A model generated the notes under the pieces. That model was not told where the DNA came from. It saw nothing but the letters and a program-made list of their open reading frames with translations, and made no database searches. The position numbers and the translations under genes are program-made. DNA of 64,000 nucleotides from Cyanidioschyzon merolae (taxonomy: Eukaryota), in NCBI GenBank assembly GCA_000091205.1, contig AP006494.2; one strand, written 5' to 3'. Shown here in pieces: positions 51,769-62,776 of this stretch. Every line of letters starts with the position of its first letter. The stretch's first letter is position 1.

Positions 51769-52404
51769 TCAGGCAACTGAGTCAGAAGCGGCATCAGTAT
51801 CGTTCATTTGAAGCATATTCGGATGAAATCGTCGAAGGAAAGTGCGCAGCGCAGTGACGCCCTCAGCAGTTAGCAGCGGAAACCTAAATACCACCAAAAA
51901 CACGACGCCGTCCTCGCGCTTCCCAACACCGAACCCTTCCCCTTGAATGGCAGTGCCACGCCGCCCATAGACAAGGGCAATGCGCGGCTCCTGCCGGTCG
52001 CTCGTCATCGGGTACCAACAGTGAACGTCGTAGTGGCGAGCGCCGAGCCCTAGGCCGGCGCGCATAGCACTCTCTCTCGACCGGAATAGTGTCTGGTACG
52101 ATTCACAAACCGTTTTTATCCACTCGCTCTCAAAGTTGTGCTGTAGTAAAACGCTTCCATCCGCGGCTGTAAGCAGCAGTCGGTGCCACTCGTAGCGGCG
52201 CGCCAGAGACGCTGCCAGCGGGGTGCTCGCACCGGCTAGCGTGCCCGTTTCACTCGTAGCCGTTGAGAGCGAAGGCGAACGTTCCGACCACGCCCAACTT
52301 GGTCTTGAGCTGCTCACGTCCTCGAAATATTCATCCCAGGTTGATTCCGAAGATATACTGGGGTTTCGGTGACCAATCACCACGAACTCTGGACCCGTGG
52401 CCAT
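51769..52404 (-). CDS. Hypothetical protein (211 aa)
   Basis: Clean ATG-initiated ORF (ATG at 52404..52402) with codon usage like neighbours and non-repetitive composition. No family recognised. Confidence 0.4.
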   Translation of the reverse strand: MATGPEFVVIGHRNPSISSESTWDEYFEDVSSSRPSWAWSERSPSLSTATSETGTLAGASTPLAASLARRYEWHRLLLTAADGSVLLQHNFESEWIKTVCESYQTLFRSRESAMRAGLGLGARHYDVHCWYPMTSDRQEPRIALVYGRRGTAIQGEGFGVGKREDGVVFLVVFRFPLLTAEGVTALRTFLRRFHPNMLQMNDTDAASDSVA

Positions 52405-52523
52405 ACCAGGAATATACGGCTAGCAGGGGAATCGTGATGGAGCGTGTTTCGCGTGACCAGTGCGGATCTGGTTCCTGTTCAAAAGGCATGTTGGACAAAA
52501 TTGATCCTATATATCTATCTTCG

Positions 52524-52618
52524 TGCAAAATGGGCGATTTTAACTAGATATTTTATATATGTACATTTTCATGCTAAACGGGCGATTGCAACTAGATATT
52601 CCATATATGTTCGTGTTC
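52524..52618. repeat. ~48-bp imperfect direct repeat x2 inside an AT-richer island
   Basis: TGCAAAATGGGCGATTTTAACTAGATATTTTATATATGT / TGCTAAACGGGCGATTGCAACTAGATATTCCATATATGT. Confidence 0.8.
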
Positions 52619-54234
52619 GCGCAGCACTGCTGTTCCGGTGACGCAACCGCGCAATCCATGCATCTGCGGTATCGTGCAGGAGCCTCCTGCAACTCCACCG
52701 CGTCGCCATGCGTTCCTGTGCACACGGGTGCCGTACAAGACGGATATCGCAAAGAGCGATCTTCGCGTGGACGTCATGAAAACGGCGATTGATCTGTGCG
52801 CTTAAATCTGTGTCCAGATGAACTGGAAATCGTCTCCATAACGAACATAGGTATCCACACCACAGCCTCTGGGTATGTTCCCGGTATGATCAACACTCGA
52901 CTTGGCCGGCGTTTTATGCTACTACTTCCTTTTTCTCTCACTTGTTTTGGGGACCATGCAAGTTTGTCTCTCCTTTTCCTTCGGCTATGCTTTCGGCATG
53001 CGAAGCGTGTTCATGGCAGCGTCCAAGTCACGATTTCGTCGCTTGCGGCTAGTTTCAGCACGATGCATGCCCGGTCGCAAGTTATGAACTACGCATCGAA
53101 TGCAATATACATCTCGTTTGTATACAGAGCCAATGCGAACTGCGCAGCGGTGACACTTGTTCGTGTTCAGGTGTTCGCATACGCCCAACGCATTGCATCC
53201 CCTTTCGAGCGCTACCCCACGGCACGTGACTGCTTGCTTCAATGCCTAATACACGCCCTCGATTGGTACACGGGACTCGCCTCGATGCCCTCATCCGTTG
53301 GCGCCTTCGCTGCCGCTCACGACCATCAGATCCTTCTTCCCCGCGATTTTCTCGCTGAGTTCTCGATCTGGTGCACACGCTTGCGCATGCTGTCTCATTC
53401 GATGGAGGATTTGGAGAACACTTTGTCGTCCGTGATGAAACAAGTACCAGAAAGGAATTCGAGTCAAGTTATCTCGATCTGTCTACGCTTACCTCGTACA
53501 AAGCTGTGACGCACACTCCACAGCGAGCAATCGTTTTTATGACCAATGTCCGAATCCAAGACCCTTTTCCATGCTAACAGAAACAACGCGAGCCTTTGAA
53601 TGCATCGCACTTGAAGGATATCATGCCGCCGCCGAATGCCATCTAATCGATACCCGCAAGTACATGGCGATATACATTTCGTTTGGAATCGATTTTTCGA
53701 CATTTTCAGTGAACACTCCAAATGAGATTGAGAAAAAGACGTCTAGCGACGTCTTCTCGTATTACCCGTCCATACAGTGAAACGAAATGCTCTGCCAAGG
53801 TGCTTTTCCAATCGAATCCTCGACGAATGCGCGACTTGCGCTTGCTACAATTAAAGAAAAGAGAGACATGAAGGCTTGAGCTTATGAATAGGGCCATGAT
53901 ATCGGTTGTTTTACGAACTCTTGTTCTAGAGCATCGATAACCACCTTGATGCCAATGCTGGAACCAAGTCCGGCTGCAAATGGAATAAAGAGCCACTCCG
54001 GAAACATGACATGGGATCCTTTACCCATCTACGAATCCGTATGCCCCTAGTGCAACATTTCAAACGTCCATGCTGTATATCTGAAAACCTCTCGGGGAAT
54101 AACTCTCAGGACAGGAAAACGGCATGCACTTCAGTATCCCATTTGCATCCGGCAAGAACGTAGCGGCAACAGGGAGTTTAGAAGAAGCTCAAGGCGGCGA
54201 CCGACGCTGCCGGCGCCTTTATCGCTCGGGTATC

Positions 54235-55938
54235 CTAGACGCGAACGGCTCGCCCGGGTCGTTCGCCAATAAGAAACAATGCCTTTACCGGTGGGGGAAA
54301 GGCTCCGCGCTCCGCCGTCCAACTCGTTCCATTTGGGTCCGACGCCAGCTCGCCACCAAGCTCGACAGCAGCAGCGTTGCGACAGAGTGCGTCCAAAATC
54401 ACAACGTTTGCCTGCTCGTCTCGCAGCTGCAAACGAAGCGTACCACGCGCACCGTCTCTTACCACAAACTGCATGCCGTGACGGGTCGGACCCAGTACAT
54501 ACGCCCCTGGTTCAGCGGTCTCAGCGGAGACCTTTACGCTATAGCGCGTGCCGTGCGCTTCCATCTGCCAGTTGCCCCACTGGACACTCCAGGATATGCG
54601 GCGGCAGTTCCAAGCAGCGAACTCCCACAAATATCCCTTCCAGTGGAACGCGATGATACCAATGGTTTCCCGAGCTACAACCTTATTCGGTCGCTGGGGC
54701 CAGCAGAGCTCTCGACGCGCTCCCACACAGGTCAAAGTCAACGGTGCATCGATGTCTGCGGACGACAGCTCCAGCGATGATGCGTCCTCTCGGAGCACGT
54801 CAAAGACGTGACACTGCAGCCAGAACCATCGCGATGGGAACGCACTGCCCCAGTTCTTCTCGATATACGTGGGTGCACGCTCGAAGCGAAAAACGCGACC
54901 ATGCCAGTCCCGAAATATACCAGTGGATCGAGCGAAAGCAGAGAGTATCTGCCAGCCTGGTTCAAAGACTTGAAAACGCGTGAGCCAGGTTCCAGTCGAG
55001 CGCGCACCATCCGAACCCCACGATAAGAGCGGCTCGATTCGCATATCGAAAGCGCAACTTATGTCTGGGCTCAGGTGCGCTACCATGGAACGCTCTCGAT
55101 CCACATCGTCTGCTTGGATCGAGCCCTGATGCCACTGAGCAGAGAGCTGATATCCCGTATGCACGTGTTCTCGGAAAAGACTAGGGGCCAGGGAGCGCGC
55201 GTGCTCTGCTCGTTCGTCGCTGAGGAGGTCACTCGTTCGACCCCACTGACCAATGCGTAACGTCGACGTTGGCAGGTGCCGCAGCGCCGGAAAAAAGCCA
55301 TCCATCATTTCTCGCGAAACAAGCAGCTCGTCCTGCACTCCAGAGCTCAAAACCTGTATTCGACCCCTGCGACCGTCTTCCAAGCTGTACATGAACGCCA
55401 GCGAAGTCGCCTCTGTGGGCAGCACGATTCGGACGTACCAGCCCTCGAAGAATCCACGATCTACGCTCGGCATATGAACACCGGCGTGGGGAAGTTCCAG
55501 GGGATCTGCGGTCTCCTTGGTCGCCTCATGATGACAACAACGTTCGTCTCTGCGTCGCCTCGCACCTGAGACCCGCTTCAGGGTACGCAGACTGCCACGA
55601 GAACCCCCAGATAGCACATGCTGTCGAACGGGGCTCGCATCCAGCGACGAAGCGCTCCGCCGGCGTCCCGTGAGAACTGCACGCGGCCCCGTTCCTGGGT
55701 GATCGTTGTACCAGCTTGAAACGAGCAGCGACCGAGCCCGGTGCCTATGCTTTCTCCATGGTGGCTCTGGGAGTGCCCTGCAACGACCAGCGTGCTCCTG
55801 GTACGCGTACACAACAACAGAGGACAGCGGAGACGACGGCGACACCCACGCTGCCGCTGCGTTTACGGCAACCTTGCCGCTTCGGAGCTCCCGTTGGACC
55901 TCGAACCCCGAACCTCTACACTGGAGCTTTTCTCGCAT
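54235..55938 (-). CDS. VTE1: Tocopherol cyclase (VTE1/SXD1 family) with ~150-aa N-terminal extension (putative plastid transit peptide)
   Basis: ATG at 55938..55936. Conserved start of the mature enzyme PHAGVHMPSVDRGFFEGWYVRIVLPTEATSLAFMYSLEDG (plant PHSGYHF...FFEGWYFKVSIPE...FCFMYSVENP). Collinear through the C-terminus. Confidence 0.85.
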   Translation of the reverse strand: MREKLQCRGSGFEVQRELRSGKVAVNAAAAWVSPSSPLSSVVVYAYQEHAGRCRALPEPPWRKHRHRARSLLVSSWYNDHPGTGPRAVLTGRRRSASSLDASPVRQHVLSGGSRGSLRTLKRVSGARRRRDERCCHHEATKETADPLELPHAGVHMPSVDRGFFEGWYVRIVLPTEATSLAFMYSLEDGRRGRIQVLSSGVQDELLVSREMMDGFFPALRHLPTSTLRIGQWGRTSDLLSDERAEHARSLAPSLFREHVHTGYQLSAQWHQGSIQADDVDRERSMVAHLSPDISCAFDMRIEPLLSWGSDGARSTGTWLTRFQVFEPGWQILSAFARSTGIFRDWHGRVFRFERAPTYIEKNWGSAFPSRWFWLQCHVFDVLREDASSLELSSADIDAPLTLTCVGARRELCWPQRPNKVVARETIGIIAFHWKGYLWEFAAWNCRRISWSVQWGNWQMEAHGTRYSVKVSAETAEPGAYVLGPTRHGMQFVVRDGARGTLRLQLRDEQANVVILDALCRNAAAVELGGELASDPNGTSWTAERGAFPPPVKALFLIGERPGRAVRV

Positions 55939-56077
55939 ATTCTCAAACTCGTGCCCGACCTAAAAATACCCCCGAATATTCCGTACTAGCATAAGTATCG
56001 GATCGATCCGGTCGATAGCGCCCTGTACTGGCAGCCGCTGGTGTACTGGGACGGCTCTCCAGGTGCCCAGCTATAAC

Positions 56078-56105
56078 GACAACACCAACAACAACAACAA
56101 CAACA

Positions 56106-56141
<36 letters not shown>
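56078..56141. repeat. Compound trinucleotide microsatellite (AAC)7(CTG)11
   Basis: Read directly. In the divergent intergenic region between tocopherol cyclase and the membrane-protein gene. Confidence 0.95.
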
Positions 56142-56143
<2 letters not shown>

Positions 56144-56562
56144 GCCAGACCGTTAGGCCCACCTCGCTCGGACAATAGACCAGCCCTTGATGCGTACTGG
56201 ACTTGCCAGCGTCAAGGTAGTGCGGAAATCGACTCGTTCAAGCGTGTCTAGCGATACCTCGGAACAGGCTGCTGACGTTGCATACACAGTGAGCGGCCAG
56301 CAGAAGCCACCTGTCGCGTGGAGATTGTTCGTGGCGCGTTTATCTTCTGGAAAACGAAGCTCCTCGAAGCCCGAAGCGTTTATCGTCTGGAAAGCGAAGT
56401 TCAACAAGGATTGAATCGTGTATCTTCTGCATAGAAGGTCCTAAAAGCAGAAATCATTCGTTTGGTGGGAAACGAAGATCCCCCAAACTTCATCCGTATA
56501 CCTTCTAGTCTACGAATACTCGTACGCGCCAAGGAAACGGACACGCTCGCTTCCCAGCCGTC

Positions 56563-58179
56563 ATGACCTTTAGCAAGTACACGTCGCTACTTACTTGTTT
56601 GAGCCCGTTGCTGGTGGGAGCGCTGGTGTCGCTACGGCCCTGTGTCGGTTCACTGCTGCACCTGTTGTTGTCGTGGCTATGGATGCCTGGACAAGTTCGG
56701 GGACGTTCTCGGGCTATTCGACGCCTTCATAGTTTCGCCACGAGTCTCAGCTTAGGATATGCCTTGGTGTGGATTCTGGTATATTTGGGGCTGCGGTTCA
56801 GTGGACTTACTCGAATGGACAACGTGTGGACACTCGATCGGAGCCAGACTCATGCGACGCGCGTAACAGCGTCTGCACTGGGCATTCCGCCTTGGTCACC
56901 CGCTTCGGATGTGTTTCTTCATCTATTGTGTGGAATCCTTGCCTGGTTTGCGTACCGCTATGGTGAAGACGAGGCCGTCTCTGCAACACTAGAGCGCGGG
57001 AGGCTGCTCTGGAGTCAGGTGGCCAAGGTTTCCTGGCTTGTACTCGTCGCTTCGCTGCCGCCAAGCATCCCATCGGCGCTGCTCTACACGCTGCTGGTGC
57101 TTGCCACACTACTTTCAGACTCTGGACAGCGTCGCCCGATAGCCAGTCGTGGAGGCGCAACGAAAGAGACCTCGGGACGCGTGCCGCGTGGTGTCGCTAG
57201 GCGTCGCCTGCAGGCTGTGGTGCTCACAACAGCCCTTGTTCTTTGTGCGCTCCATACGGTGGCGAGTTTCGTGTTTCAGTGGGCGTGGATTCGGAGCACA
57301 CCGGCGTCCGAGTCAGTATGCGGCCAGCTTTTTGGTCTGCAGGTCCTACAACGTGAGCGCTTCGTAACCGCTCGCGGTGCGGCGCTGGTGCTGCTCGCTT
57401 CGTGGCGCCTGCTCAGTCTGAGGGAACCCATGCTGGTGACCTGGAAAGCATCAGGAATGGGTACTCCTCGCGCTGCTGCAGTGCTTTCATTCATGGTTAC
57501 AATGATGCTGTGCTCGCATTGGCCAGGAATTTTCGCCTTGGTGTTAGCAGGTCTGGCTGAACTCGCGGTGCTGCTGACCGGGGTCTCGGTTTGGCAGACA
57601 GTGATGCGCATTCTTGCTGCGGTTGCCACGATCCTTATCGGACTTGTCGCTTTCATTTTGGGAATCATTGCGACGGTGGCAAAGCGTACTGTGCCGACGT
57701 TCTGGGGGTTGCCTCTCGTGGGCCGGTCCCTCTTGTGGAATGCCTGGCTCGTGTTGTGTCCGCTCCTGTGGACACAGCAGCGGCTGCCCACGGAGCAGAA
57801 ATCGAATCCACTGGGACGCCTGCTACCCAGCGAGTACGTGCCCCAGTACGTTGCTTGGTTGCTTCTGGTTGGCGCACTTGCAGCCTTGGTGCAAGACTGG
57901 CTGCTCGGTGTGCTGGTGGCAGTACTCGCCATCGGCGTACGAACTGGAAAGGTAAGGCACCTGGAGGCATGGGTGTGGCTGCCGCTGCACGGCTGGGCTG
58001 CTCTGATTTGGAGCCTGCGTTGCGGACTTTGCGGTTTCCAGTCCGGTATCCTCGCCGAGTCGTGTATCCGGTCACCCCAGCAGTGTTATGTATGGGTTGC
58101 GCTTGCGGCAACAACTGCCGCTGGATGGGTGTTCCGCGTGCAGCCGCAGGTCTCGGCGGATCCCGAAAGAAACGATTAA
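56563..58179 (+). CDS. Hypothetical polytopic membrane protein (538 aa, at least 10 predicted TM helices)
   Basis: ATG at 56563. Long hydrophobic segments alternating with short basic loops throughout. No family recognised. Confidence 0.55.
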   Translation: MTFSKYTSLLTCLSPLLVGALVSLRPCVGSLLHLLLSWLWMPGQVRGRSRAIRRLHSFATSLSLGYALVWILVYLGLRFSGLTRMDNVWTLDRSQTHATRVTASALGIPPWSPASDVFLHLLCGILAWFAYRYGEDEAVSATLERGRLLWSQVAKVSWLVLVASLPPSIPSALLYTLLVLATLLSDSGQRRPIASRGGATKETSGRVPRGVARRRLQAVVLTTALVLCALHTVASFVFQWAWIRSTPASESVCGQLFGLQVLQRERFVTARGAALVLLASWRLLSLREPMLVTWKASGMGTPRAAAVLSFMVTMMLCSHWPGIFALVLAGLAELAVLLTGVSVWQTVMRILAAVATILIGLVAFILGIIATVAKRTVPTFWGLPLVGRSLLWNAWLVLCPLLWTQQRLPTEQKSNPLGRLLPSEYVPQYVAWLLLVGALAALVQDWLLGVLVAVLAIGVRTGKVRHLEAWVWLPLHGWAALIWSLRCGLCGFQSGILAESCIRSPQQCYVWVALAATTAAGWVFRVQPQVSADPERND

Positions 58180-60028
58180 TCGCCGTCTAGAGCGGACCCT
58201 GCCAGCTGGTACATCCGGGGATGGAGCAAGATAACAGCACGCCTTTTCCGTATCAGCCGGTTCTGTATAAGCAGCGTTGCGAGCTATGTTCCCGTACGTC
58301 CTGAAGCGAAAGGCGGCAGACGCTGTACATGCCGCGTTTTCGTTGATTCCATATGACGTTGTCTGCACGAGAGCGGCTTCATCCAGGAATCGATTGATTC
58401 TTGCGATGCGGTTGCAGGGGAGCTGGGGCGCGGGCATCGCGCCCCAGCGATATCGACCTGATGCTGGCGCCTGCCTCGGCTCTATGGTTAGCTTCAGCGT
58501 CCCGCGCTGGTCTCTTCACGGATAACGTTACCGCTACCCGAGCCGGATCGGTTCGACGGATTCAGGCGCTAATCAGAGCAGCGGCTACATTGAAGAGCGC
58601 AGCAGCAGAAGCTGCCTGCCGCAGATGAGAACTGCACACCGGCCGCTGTACGGTTCCGGTCAGGTACGCTTTCCGCTCGAAGGAGACCGAAAACTGGCCT
58701 AGCCGGCCAGTCGCGCCGCTTGTTGCGTTTACTTGCTTCAGCGTGCTTCTTTTCATCAAAGTCTGGATTCGCACCAGGCGCTGAGACGTCTCTGCTTTCG
58801 TGCAGTATTGCAAAACGGCGACACAAGCTGAGATACCTTCCGCTTCTTGCTCGTATTTCATAAGGAAATGCTTGGAATACGACCCGCTCTCGAGTGTATG
58901 TGCGCGAAACGAGCACCCGCTGCGTCCGGGCATTGTTGTTGCATATCTGCAGCTTCGGTTGCAAGGAAAACGAAAGCAACGGATGCGGACGCTGTTTGTG
59001 CTTACTACGATGCGGATCCTGCACCAGCTTGTGCTCAAGCTTTGGACTGGACGCATCCATTTGCTCTGCGAGAACGCGCTGAAGGTTTTGCTGCACGTGA
59101 GCGTTCATTCGCAGGTGGAAGCTCGGGCTTCTGATCGGTATCAGGAACGCAGTCTCAGGGAGACACGGCTCACACGTTGACATTGGACTGTACGTGGCGT
59201 TCCGCGTACCGCCAGACAGATGCGTTATCATGTAGTAGCGGGTGTGTGTGTGTATGTGTGCGTCCAACAAAAACGATCACCGAGTCAAGCGTCGTGGTAT
59301 TCACGTGTCGAAGCCGTGTTACGGCCGCTTCTAGTCAGCCGGATGCATGGCAAGCATCACGTTACAGGCTTGCTATATACAGCATTCTGAGCCGATTCAG
59401 TTTGAACCTTTCATATCGAAACGATCGAATTTGTGTCGGGATATAAGACACAACGGTCATGAAAAATCATATGTGTTTCCGCTTCAGCACCTCGCTTGAA
59501 AGTAAAAAATCAGTGTCCATAAAATCCTGCGATCGTCTCGATGATGATACTGAGGATGGTGTCACAGCGACCGCAACGCAGTCGGAGACAATGCAACTAG
59601 ACGACTGTGCTGGGAGCATGCCAGCTGCAGTTTCGAGATGCGCACATGCAGTCGTCAGTTTCGCTTATGCTTGTATCAAACGAGTCTTTCTGCAAAAATG
59701 ACGATGCATACACTCGTGTGACCAGAAATGCATCTATTGCCGAGCGTGGCTTCAAGAATCATCCTGTGTGCAGGCGTTGCTCGGCATTCGAGGCAAGTCA
59801 TCGATGCAGAATCCGCTGGTAGTTTGCGGAGTCAGTTAGACTAGGACGTCCCTCTTACAGAGCACTGATTTTCGTGCTTGCAATGGAGTGAATAGTGTGC
59901 TGTTCCATCCAAGTGTGTGGTACAGTAGAGCACTGAATCCGAGAAAAGCTCACGAAGAACTTTCTTGGACTCGCCGACACCTCCCCGAGTGCGTCTCTCA
60001 AACGCCAAGTGGTCGTGTTTCTACCTGC

Positions 60029-60068
60029 TTCTCTGTGTGTGTGTGTATGTGTGTGTGCGTTCGTGCGT
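60029..60068. repeat. (GT)n-rich dinucleotide tract. Related (AC)n tracts at 59233..59262, 60443..60460 and 61998..62062 flank the KAS gene
   Basis: Read directly. Confidence 0.85.
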
Positions 60069-60562
60069 GACTGCTGACTCTTGTACCTACACCACGACTT
60101 GTTGAGCTCCGTGCTTCCTGAACTACGTTCTCTTCTGGATCAGATTGCGGTGACTGTGGGAAAATAGGTGTCAGGAACTGGAACTAGGACCTATTCTTTT
60201 CCAGCGTTATTCTTTAGTGCCAGTCTCTAACGACGGGATTGTTCGGCGACCTGGAATTCTCTCTAATGGGTCACTTTGGACATAAGTAGGTCCCTGTTTA
60301 GCTTTGCTGCGTACTAGACGTCACAGGGTGTGAAAGACGCTCGCAATCACTGAATCCAAGGGAGTTGTCTCTCATATAACAACGAACAAATCGCAAACGA
60401 CTTGGGGTGCGTTACCCAGACCCGGAATCCACCGGTCAGCGACCTGAAGAACACACACACACACCTACGTCACCTGATCACCAGAGCCCTGCGCTGACCT
60501 TTCGGCTTGACGGACACGACTCGCAGTCACCGTTTCCTCTGTCCGTCATCGGGGCTAGCGGG

Positions 60563-61996
60563 ATGTCGCACGAACTTGTCCACGCTGGACGCCGGGTTGT
60601 CGTGACCGGTATCGGCATGGTGTCGCCATTGGGCCTGTGTACCCGCATGTGCTGGGACGCACTTTTCCGCGGCCAAAGTGGCGTCCAACGGATCAGTGTT
60701 TTTGACCCCACCGGGCTGCCGGTGCAAATCGCAGCCCAAGTCGATCGTGCCGGCGTACTCGAACGACTTGAGTCGCAGGTATTCGCATCGAAAACAACGA
60801 GCACAGCGATAGCAACTGGTCTGCATGAGCGCAAACTGACCCCCGCGGATATTTTACGAGCACCGCTCAGTATCCAGTACGCCGTTCTCGCAGCACATGA
60901 GGCGATCCAAGATGCTGCGCTTTCGCCAGCGACGCTGAACGCAACCGACTCGGGCGTCGTTATCGGTGCAGGTATGGTATCCCTGAGCGATCTGGTTGAG
61001 AGCGTGAACCGTCACCAGTCGGGTCGACACCTGTCACCGCATTTCGTGCCTCGCATCCTGCTGAACGCAGCCGCCGGTTACGTGGCGTTATGGTTTGGTC
61101 TGAAGGGTCCCAGTCTATCACCGAGCACTGCTTGTGCTGCGGGTGCACATGCTATCGGTGACGCGTACCGACTCATTCAACGAGGCGATGCGACAGTGTG
61201 TATCGCCGGCGGAACAGAGGCATGTATTCACGAGTTGGCATTGTTGGGGTTTTCCAGGGCCCGGGCACTTACCACCCAGTTTGCAGATGAGCCCGAGCAG
61301 TCCAGTCGTCCATTTGATCGTCGACGTTCGGGTTTCGTGCTCGGCGAAGGCGCCTGTGTACTTGTTCTGGAGGATCTGGAACACGCTCGTACACGAAGAC
61401 AAGCCCAGCCGCACACGACCTATGGCGAACTCGTTGGATACGGCCTGAGCAGCGACGCGTACCATGTGACAGCACCTCATCCGGAAGGCATTGGCGCCCA
61501 GCGATGTATGGAAATGGCCCTCCGGGGTATTCCTCGGTCAGCCGTCGGGTACGTGAACGCGCATGCAACGTCGACGCCGTTGGGTGACGCCGTCGAAGCC
61601 AAAGCGATTGGGCGAGTTTTCGGCGCAGAGGAGCCGGCTCCAGTCGTGACGTCGACAAAAGGCGCCACTGGGCATTTACTCGGAGCAGCGGGCGCTCTCG
61701 AGGCTGCCTTCACGTTACTGGCGGTGCATCACCAGTGCGTACCCGGAACGTTGAACCTGCACGACATTGACGTGGGCCTGGAGATGTCGGCCACCACGGA
61801 CACCACCACCGCTGGCTTGCGCTTCATTGGGCATCATGCGCATTATTACTGGCCCGAGAGCAGTCCGCTTCGAATCGCACTAAGCAACTCGTTCGGATTC
61901 TACGGGACAAATACCTGCCTCGCCTTTCAGCGGTTGCCGTCCGATGAGTCGAGATCGGGAAATGGATCATTCCAGGGGGATGGCGTATCGACCTAG
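60563..61996 (+). CDS. 3-oxoacyl-[acyl-carrier-protein] synthase (KAS I/II, FabF/mtKAS-like)
   Basis: Track ORF starts at a GTG at 60407; first ATG 60563 (MSHELVHAGRRVVVTGIGMVSPLG). Active-site region PSTACAAGAHAIGDAYRLIQRGDATVCIAGGTEA, HVTAPHPEG, NAHATSTPLGD, TKGATGHLLGAAGALEA. Confidence 0.9.
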   Translation: MSHELVHAGRRVVVTGIGMVSPLGLCTRMCWDALFRGQSGVQRISVFDPTGLPVQIAAQVDRAGVLERLESQVFASKTTSTAIATGLHERKLTPADILRAPLSIQYAVLAAHEAIQDAALSPATLNATDSGVVIGAGMVSLSDLVESVNRHQSGRHLSPHFVPRILLNAAAGYVALWFGLKGPSLSPSTACAAGAHAIGDAYRLIQRGDATVCIAGGTEACIHELALLGFSRARALTTQFADEPEQSSRPFDRRRSGFVLGEGACVLVLEDLEHARTRRQAQPHTTYGELVGYGLSSDAYHVTAPHPEGIGAQRCMEMALRGIPRSAVGYVNAHATSTPLGDAVEAKAIGRVFGAEEPAPVVTSTKGATGHLLGAAGALEAAFTLLAVHHQCVPGTLNLHDIDVGLEMSATTDTTTAGLRFIGHHAHYYWPESSPLRIALSNSFGFYGTNTCLAFQRLPSDESRSGNGSFQGDGVST

Positions 61997-62776
61997 TGCG
62001 CAGATACACAAACACACACACACACATACATACACAGTAAGAGAGAGAGAGATAGAGCGAGACGATATGAACATGGCGACATCGCGGTCCACGGGGTTCG
62101 TCCACGAGACCCAGTGCGTCCACGGGCACCTCGAGCAGGTGTTTCACGCTCACTTGCAGGCAGCGAGTCGTCAGACGATATCGTGTTTGTCTAGCGCATG
62201 GCGACGCTGGTCACCTGGTGCTTGCACCATTTTCACAGCATGTGTAGGCACGTGCCCGGCACGTGATTGACGACCTTCCCATCAGGCAGCACGCCGCGGA
62301 TAGGACAAGGTCGGGATCGCCGGCGATGCCCAGTGCCCAAGTACTTCTTGATGATGGCGCCTGCTGGACCTCTGGGCCGCAAACGACACACCGTATGGAA
62401 TCCATGGTCCATTTAGTTGTTTGTTCGTATGATCCGTTGCCGAGACGTCTTTAGCCAACTGCCGCTCGAGCGCAAACAGCTTCGAATCTCTGCAGCGCCT
62501 TTCCATGAACCAGCTCTGAATGGACGCAAAAAGCGATGCCGAGTGACGTTGCGGTGCCCGTTGCCACCGGGAAGACGCACTCGCCCCAGATAAACGCTAG
62601 CGCTGGTGAGCGTGCTTCCACCGCACCAGGCTCTGATCCAGGCGCTTCATCTCGCAGAAAACTCGTGGCAGCGGCTTGGCTAGCGCACGCGTGCACGTGA
62701 GTCAGCCGCAGTACCCGAATGCGGGCGTGGAAAGACGTCCGAGCAGACGCGAGCGCATCGACAAGCGGGCATATCG

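Noticed and set aside
54124-54780. 218-aa plus-strand ORF overlapping the 3' part of the tocopherol cyclase gene
   Set aside because: Antisense shadow ORF. The opposite strand carries the conserved VTE1 sequence.
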